A DNA stretch of 32,483 nt, from positions 1 to 32,483 of IMG/VR virus record IMGVR_UViG_3300044513_000078; one strand, given 5' to 3'. The DNA is from a virus (lineage: Duplodnaviria; Caudoviricetes). Made by a program: the position numbers and the translations under genes. Positions 27,574 to 32,483 of this stretch are shown in pieces. Position 1 is the stretch's first letter. Each line of letters opens with the position of its first letter. The notes beneath the pieces are model-generated. The model made no database searches, was not told the origin of the DNA, and worked only from the letters and a program-made list of their open reading frames with translations.

Positions 27574-28821
27574 TTAGAAGTTTGTTATAGAACAGAAAGC
27601 TGTTGGTTTATAGACCACAAAGCCCATTCTCATGGTTAATCTGATAGCTAGTTGATTCTTCGCAAAGAAGTCACTATGGCTGTCAGATACGGCAAGGTCA
27701 ACACCTTCCCTCATGACAATTTGAGCAGCATCGCCACCACCGAATTTACCGACTAATGCGGTACCTTCTGCGATTGCTGTGCTCGGAACTACTTTAAGAC
27801 CCCAGAGTCTTGCAGCAACGTCTCCACCAAAGCCACCAGCGGCGACTATTAATGGGTTTTTGCTTGCATAACCTGCTGAGGATGTTCCTGCTTGGTCTGT
27901 AACTGCTGTTACAATTTGATACCAGTCACTTGGGTGCATAACTACTGTATCAGGTTCGACGAAAGCGTCTTTTCTGATTTCTGTAATTGCTTGATACACT
28001 TGTCCAAGTCTGCTTAATTCTCCAGAATATGAAGAATAGTCAAATGTGTTAATACCAGATTTTTGTAATACACCAGTCAAGTTTGGAGCGGAACCATTAC
28101 CATTTAGTAATTGGTTGTCCATTCTTAATCTCATCATTGTTGTGAGACGTGAATTAACATATCCTTGGATACCAGAAACGTCAGCCAACAATTCATCTGT
28201 CACAGGCAAGAAAGTAGCAATCTTACGAATGCTCTCTGTTCTTTCTGTGAAAGCCAATGCTGATTCGTTTGCACTGGAGATGTCTCCAGATTCTGCAATT
28301 TCACCTGCATTGTTTGTGAATGTTGTCTCTTCAAGATATACAAATGCGTTTTGGGATGTTTGAATTTGGTCAAACAATCCAATAACAGCATTAGGGTCTC
28401 TTAAAGCTGTCTCTAATATTCCAGGTGCTCTTAACGACTCTGGTGGATAACCTGTGGTATTTAATGTTGTTTTAAATTCTGCTTGAGAATCTACGCCTTT
28501 AACACCATTGCTCATGTATTTTGCATAAGCGTCAGTATTTGTGAATTGCTCACCTATTGATTTAACGCCAGCTGGAGCTTCTTCAACTACAGGAAGTTCA
28601 TTAACAACTTCGTTGCTAACTTCCATAGCTTTTTCATTAGCAGCTTTAGATTCTTCAATCTTTAGCTCGTCTAATGAACCAGCAAGTTCCTCATTAAGAC
28701 CTTTGATTTTCTCTTTTTGGTCATTAGAGTACTTGCCTTCTTCAGCTGGAGCATCAAATACAGATTTAAGTTCTTCACGAGACTTAGCAATATTTTCTCT
28801 AAGCTCTTGTACTTTACTCAC
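27574..28821 (-). CDS. Major capsid protein, HK97 fold with N-terminal delta domain, 415 aa
   Basis: N-terminal coiled coil; IRKIATFLPVTDELLAD, QLLNGNG..PNLTG, VVMHPSDW, LWGLKVV, FAKNQLAIR...P.AF; GTG start with AGGAG. Confidence 0.97.
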   Translation of the reverse strand: MSKVQELRENIAKSREELKSVFDAPAEEGKYSNDQKEKIKGLNEELAGSLDELKIEESKAANEKAMEVSNEVVNELPVVEEAPAGVKSIGEQFTNTDAYAKYMSNGVKGVDSQAEFKTTLNTTGYPPESLRAPGILETALRDPNAVIGLFDQIQTSQNAFVYLEETTFTNNAGEIAESGDISSANESALAFTERTESIRKIATFLPVTDELLADVSGIQGYVNSRLTTMMRLRMDNQLLNGNGSAPNLTGVLQKSGINTFDYSSYSGELSRLGQVYQAITEIRKDAFVEPDTVVMHPSDWYQIVTAVTDQAGTSSAGYASKNPLIVAAGGFGGDVAARLWGLKVVPSTAIAEGTALVGKFGGGDAAQIVMREGVDLAVSDSHSDFFAKNQLAIRLTMRMGFVVYKPTAFCSITNF

Positions 28822-28846
28822 TGTAAATTATCTCCTATTAGATTAC

Positions 28847-30028
28847 TTATACTTCGTTGTCGGTTGCTTCTACATCAATAGCTTCTGCTATTAATCTTTG
28901 GCTTTCTATCCACACATCATCTTCCAAGTCATCACTATCAACTGATTCAGTGTTATCTACTGGAACTTCTTCAGTAACTACTTCTTCTACTTCATCAGAT
29001 TCTTCAGGATTCTCTGTATCTTCTTCTGGTTCGACAGCTACTTCTTCAGTATCGACTGTATCTGTTGGTTCTTCAACAACATCTACAGGCTCTTCAGCTT
29101 GTTCTTCCTCTAAGTCAACATTTAAAGCTTCTTCGGTTCCAACCTCAGAGATAAATGAATCTATTTCAGTCCATGCATCTATAAGGTCTTCCTGAACTGC
29201 CCTTAAAGCCTCAGTTGCCTTGGTTCCTATTTTTCTCCCATCCTTGGCACGCAACATCGCAATGGCGTTAGCTCGTGTCATTAAGTTATTTAATGCGGCA
29301 AGCACATCTTTAACTTCTTCTGAGAAAGATTTTTTTTCTTCCTCTGAAACTTCATCAATGTCAGCAGATTTTTTCATCTCTTTTGCACATTTACCTGTTT
29401 TGTCATAGTCACAAGAACCATATCCTTTACTACAACATTCACAGTGTTTTGCATTTGCATCATGAGCAACAATTTCTTCTGCTGGTTTTTCTTCTGGCTC
29501 TTTTTCTATAAAAGAATCTGAACTTAAAGTATCTTTTGTAAGTTCTTCTAGTAATTCCTTATTAGATTTAATAGCCATTGTGTATGTATCTTGGTTTGCA
29601 CCTACAAGTACAGGTGATACCTCATATACTGATAAATCTTTTAAGTATCTAGCATCAACTTCTTTATCACTGCTTTTGAATTTACCTCTTTCGCTATCGT
29701 TAACTCTGTAACCAAATGACCATTGTTGTAAGTCACCCATAGCTTTTACTAAGTTGTATGCTTCTTTTCCAGACTCGGTATCCATAAAGAATGAACCTTC
29801 AAAAGTAGCTTTATCACCATCTTGTTTGATTTCACCTTTACCAATTGGCATATCCCATTTATGAGCCCATACCATTGGAACTGAACCTGATTTAAATCCT
29901 GATTTGATAGCTTCTGGAACGACAACATCACCATCGCTATCTAATGTATTGAAAACTGAGAAAACAGCAGAAACTTTACCTTCACCGTCTGCTTTAAATT
30001 CTAAGTCGATATTTTTAATTTCACTCAC
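28847..30028 (-). CDS. HK97-family prohead protease with acidic C-terminal extension, 393 aa
   Basis: SVFNTLDSDGDVV, MVWAH, WSFGY and YEVSPVLVGAN catalytic motifs; GTG start with AGGAG. Confidence 0.95.
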   Translation of the reverse strand: MSEIKNIDLEFKADGEGKVSAVFSVFNTLDSDGDVVVPEAIKSGFKSGSVPMVWAHKWDMPIGKGEIKQDGDKATFEGSFFMDTESGKEAYNLVKAMGDLQQWSFGYRVNDSERGKFKSSDKEVDARYLKDLSVYEVSPVLVGANQDTYTMAIKSNKELLEELTKDTLSSDSFIEKEPEEKPAEEIVAHDANAKHCECCSKGYGSCDYDKTGKCAKEMKKSADIDEVSEEEKKSFSEEVKDVLAALNNLMTRANAIAMLRAKDGRKIGTKATEALRAVQEDLIDAWTEIDSFISEVGTEEALNVDLEEEQAEEPVDVVEEPTDTVDTEEVAVEPEEDTENPEESDEVEEVVTEEVPVDNTESVDSDDLEDDVWIESQRLIAEAIDVEATDNEV

Positions 30029-30031
30029 GAG

Positions 30032-30098
30032 TGCATCTCCTATATAAACTGTTAACAGATTTATTTAGGTGCATATAGTATAAACATTAACAAAAGTC
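30032..30098 (-). promoter_or_regulatory. Possible promoter (TACTAT at 30075-30080) and imperfect inverted repeat overlapping the protease RBS
   Basis: TGCA-CCTA-a-ATAAA-t-CTGTTAACAG-TTTAT-a-TAGG-aga-TGCA in the 92-nt intergenic gap. Confidence 0.4.
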
Positions 30099-30120
30099 TC
30101 TAAAATGCGTGGTATTTATC

Positions 30121-32483
30121 TTAAGGTGTGTCTGGGTTCTCTACTTTATTATCTACTTCAGCCATCTGTTTTTTAGATGAGAGTGGATGGCTTGAAGGCA
30201 ATAAATCAGTATCGTATGGCTTTCTCTTAAACTTCTCGTTTTTCAAAGCAAACAAGAACCCATTAACTCGTGCTAATCCCCATTGTTCTTCTGAATTAAC
30301 ACTTGGTCTTACTGAACTAGGGTTAGTTCTATAAGCACCTACACCCCTGTTAAAAACTGATACTAACATTCTCTTTGTTGCCTTATGTTTTGGATTACTA
30401 GAATTATGGTCTTCGACTTTTTTATCTAGTGCTTTAGAGATTGCAGAAGTAACAGCTTTAGAACTTACTTCATCAGCAATTTTTATTGCTAGTTTTCTAG
30501 CTTCTTTTCTTCTAGCATTAACAACTTTTTTTTGGTCACTAATAACTTTTTTCATTGCAGGAACTCCCATGTTAAGAACACCACCCCATTTAATCGCGGC
30601 AACAACACCAGCTAATCTGTTATTGTTTTGATGTCTTCCCATAAAGCGTTCTCTTCTACGAACCCAGCTAAGTACTGATTCACTTCTATCTCCAGATTGA
30701 TATTTACTCCATCTGTTAAAAGCATCATTACCTGTAAATGAGGTTGGTGGGTTACCACCATTACCACCTCTTCTCCATATTTCTGGGTAATCTTCTTTTA
30801 AACTTTTAGCATAACCAAAAGGAAATTGTTTATATTTAGAATTAGAAATAGATACTTGTTGGTCATCACCAGGGCTTGGAAAATTTGTCCTATCTTTCAT
30901 AGGTTTTTCTTTCTTAATATTTTCTGAAGCTTTACCTTCGTTTTCTGGTTTACTCATTGCTTCTTCAAATTGTTCATGTGTTGAACAATCCATGTAATAT
31001 GTTTGACCATTCAATTCATATTCGTGTGCACCTTCACATCCTAAAACTTTAGCTCTTTCTTCTGCTTCTTTTCTAGTATCAAAAATTTCTGGTAAGACTT
31101 GGGCTTTCTCTTCTGTCATTTCACCTATCTCAAATTCCTGTTCAAATAAAACTTCAGCTTCTTCTAATGAAACTTTTAACTCTTCAACAATACCATCGAT
31201 GTATGATTTTTTTGTCCTTTCAAAACTCTCATGAGAACTACAAGGCATATAGTAAGTCATATCTTCTATCTTATGAGTATGAAAACCTGAACAACCAATT
31301 TGTTCTGCTCTTCTTTCAGCAGCTTCCTGTGTTGTAAACATCCACATATTTCTTGATGGTGTAAATGTTACAGCTTGTCTTGTGGTTTCAGGAACTGCAT
31401 CTACAGTGTCCATCTTTGCATCAAATAATTTTCTTAATAATTTAGCTTCGTAACTAGCTTCACTATCAGCAGCTTCAACTAATTGTCCAGCTTGTGGGTC
31501 GTTATTTCTAGTATTTTCTTGTTCTTGTGTAGGTTGTGGTGCCTCACCATCTACAGGAACTTGTAACATATTCATTGGTCTTAAATAAACATTATGATTT
31601 TCATCTACATCTAGTCCGACTACTTTTCTTGCTTCACCAATAGTTATCCAACCACCAGCTACACCCATGTTTACTCTTTTATACAAATCATCCATGTCGG
31701 TTTGTAAAGCTCTTACATTTTGAATGTCATAATCACAAGTTTGACCAGTATCTCCAAAATCAGGAATTAATAGTTGATGTGTTAATTCATTAGCAACTGT
31801 TTTCCATAATGGAACCAATCTCTGTTCAGTAAAGAACTCTCTTAGTTCAGCAGTATTGTTATAGGTAGCAGCATCAAGACCAGCACCGAGTCCAGCCAAT
31901 ATTGCTGGAACACCAAGAACAGCAGAAACTCTTTCTTCTGGAAGTTTTCTTAATTCAGTCAACTTCATTTGGTCAGGAGAAAAAGAAACAACTTCAACAT
32001 TCATTGAGCCAGATAACACCATTGGTGCACCTCTGTTTTTACCACCAAACTTTTGTTTATAAAGTTCAGCAATAGCTTCTGCTTCTTCTCTAGTTGGTCC
32101 ACCCATTGCATCATTTCTTGGAGAGAGAACTACACCTGGAACAGCTAAGTTTGTTAATAATGCAGTTGTATATTGACCTGCTGCTTCATCACCTAATAAT
32201 TCACGAAGAATAGATTTAAGTGGTGCATGACCTCTTCTATGGTCATTTGGGTCAATTCCTTGTCGGATATGAATAATATCTTTAGGGTCAATTTTTACTG
32301 GCTCTCCAGAGGTTGCATTTTTTTGTGATGCATAATATTCGTAATGTGTAATTAATTTAGAAGTATTACCTCTTACATCTACAAGTCCTGGCATTAAAGG
32401 AACAAGTGAAACTACTTTACCATTGGCATTTCTGTTTTTAAATATAAATGCATCACCATGAGCATTTAGTGAGAGAACAATAT
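30121..32483 (-). CDS. Portal protein, HK97 family (5' truncated), with ~480-aa multi-domain C-terminal extension
   Basis: Frame is open to the window end (IVLSLNAHGDAFIFKNRNANGKVVSLVPLMP); IIHIR, G.APL, VLGVPAILAG, TYNN and GWITIGEARK portal motifs. Confidence 0.95.
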   Translation of the reverse strand, partial: IVLSLNAHGDAFIFKNRNANGKVVSLVPLMPGLVDVRGNTSKLITHYEYYASQKNATSGEPVKIDPKDIIHIRQGIDPNDHRRGHAPLKSILRELLGDEAAGQYTTALLTNLAVPGVVLSPRNDAMGGPTREEAEAIAELYKQKFGGKNRGAPMVLSGSMNVEVVSFSPDQMKLTELRKLPEERVSAVLGVPAILAGLGAGLDAATYNNTAELREFFTEQRLVPLWKTVANELTHQLLIPDFGDTGQTCDYDIQNVRALQTDMDDLYKRVNMGVAGGWITIGEARKVVGLDVDENHNVYLRPMNMLQVPVDGEAPQPTQEQENTRNNDPQAGQLVEAADSEASYEAKLLRKLFDAKMDTVDAVPETTRQAVTFTPSRNMWMFTTQEAAERRAEQIGCSGFHTHKIEDMTYYMPCSSHESFERTKKSYIDGIVEELKVSLEEAEVLFEQEFEIGEMTEEKAQVLPEIFDTRKEAEERAKVLGCEGAHEYELNGQTYYMDCSTHEQFEEAMSKPENEGKASENIKKEKPMKDRTNFPSPGDDQQVSISNSKYKQFPFGYAKSLKEDYPEIWRRGGNGGNPPTSFTGNDAFNRWSKYQSGDRSESVLSWVRRRERFMGRHQNNNRLAGVVAAIKWGGVLNMGVPAMKKVISDQKKVVNARRKEARKLAIKIADEVSSKAVTSAISKALDKKVEDHNSSNPKHKATKRMLVSVFNRGVGAYRTNPSSVRPSVNSEEQWGLARVNGFLFALKNEKFKRKPYDTDLLPSSHPLSSKKQMAEVDNKVENPDTP

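Larger units (their letters stand above)
1..32483 (-). mobile_element. Tailed dsDNA phage (siphovirus-like) head-neck-tail gene module; free phage or prophage cannot be distinguished
   Basis: Co-oriented, tightly packed genes in canonical order: portal, protease, capsid, adaptor, closure, terminator, major tail, chaperone, tape measure, tip, fibres. No sheath gene and no host genes in the window. Confidence 0.97.

Noticed and set aside
5524-29934. Short minus-strand alternative-frame ORFs (5524-5709, 20253-20489, 22573-22779, 28200-28391, 29749-29934)
   Set aside because: Nested in or largely overlapping well-supported genes, with L/Q/K/M-rich off-frame composition and no independent support.
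1213-30334. Numerous plus-strand ORFs of 60-137 aa in the ORF track
   Set aside because: All lie antisense to long minus-strand genes, show mirror-frame S/L/V/F-rich composition and have no recognisable motifs; treated as shadow ORFs.

Overview
The whole window is the virion morphogenesis operon of a low-GC, long-tailed (siphovirus-type) dsDNA phage, entirely on the minus strand. Gene order from the right end: HK97-type portal (5' truncated, with a long multi-domain C-terminal extension), prohead protease, HK97-fold major capsid, terminator, small basic protein, head-tail adaptor, an HTH/Zn-finger protein, head closure, a 1247-aa protein in the HK97-gp10/tail-completion slot, tail terminator, small acidic protein, major tail protein, tail assembly chaperone with a -1 frameshift, a 2632-aa tape measure, distal tail protein, a tail-tip/central-fibre region, and three further fibre-related genes, the last running off the left end. 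Four things stand out. (1) The tail tip is nested: a degenerate GH24-lysozyme-like domain sits inside a LamG domain, which sits inside the hub protein, and a gene break falls in the middle of the LamG domain. (2) An in-frame TAA splits the central fibre a second time. (3) The gp10-like gene is about ten times its usual size. (4) A shared upstream motif precedes three genes lacking an obvious Shine-Dalgarno, suggesting leaderless promoters. All family assignments come from motif recognition by eye and gene order; no searches were run. An actinobacterial, probably aquatic, host is an inference only.
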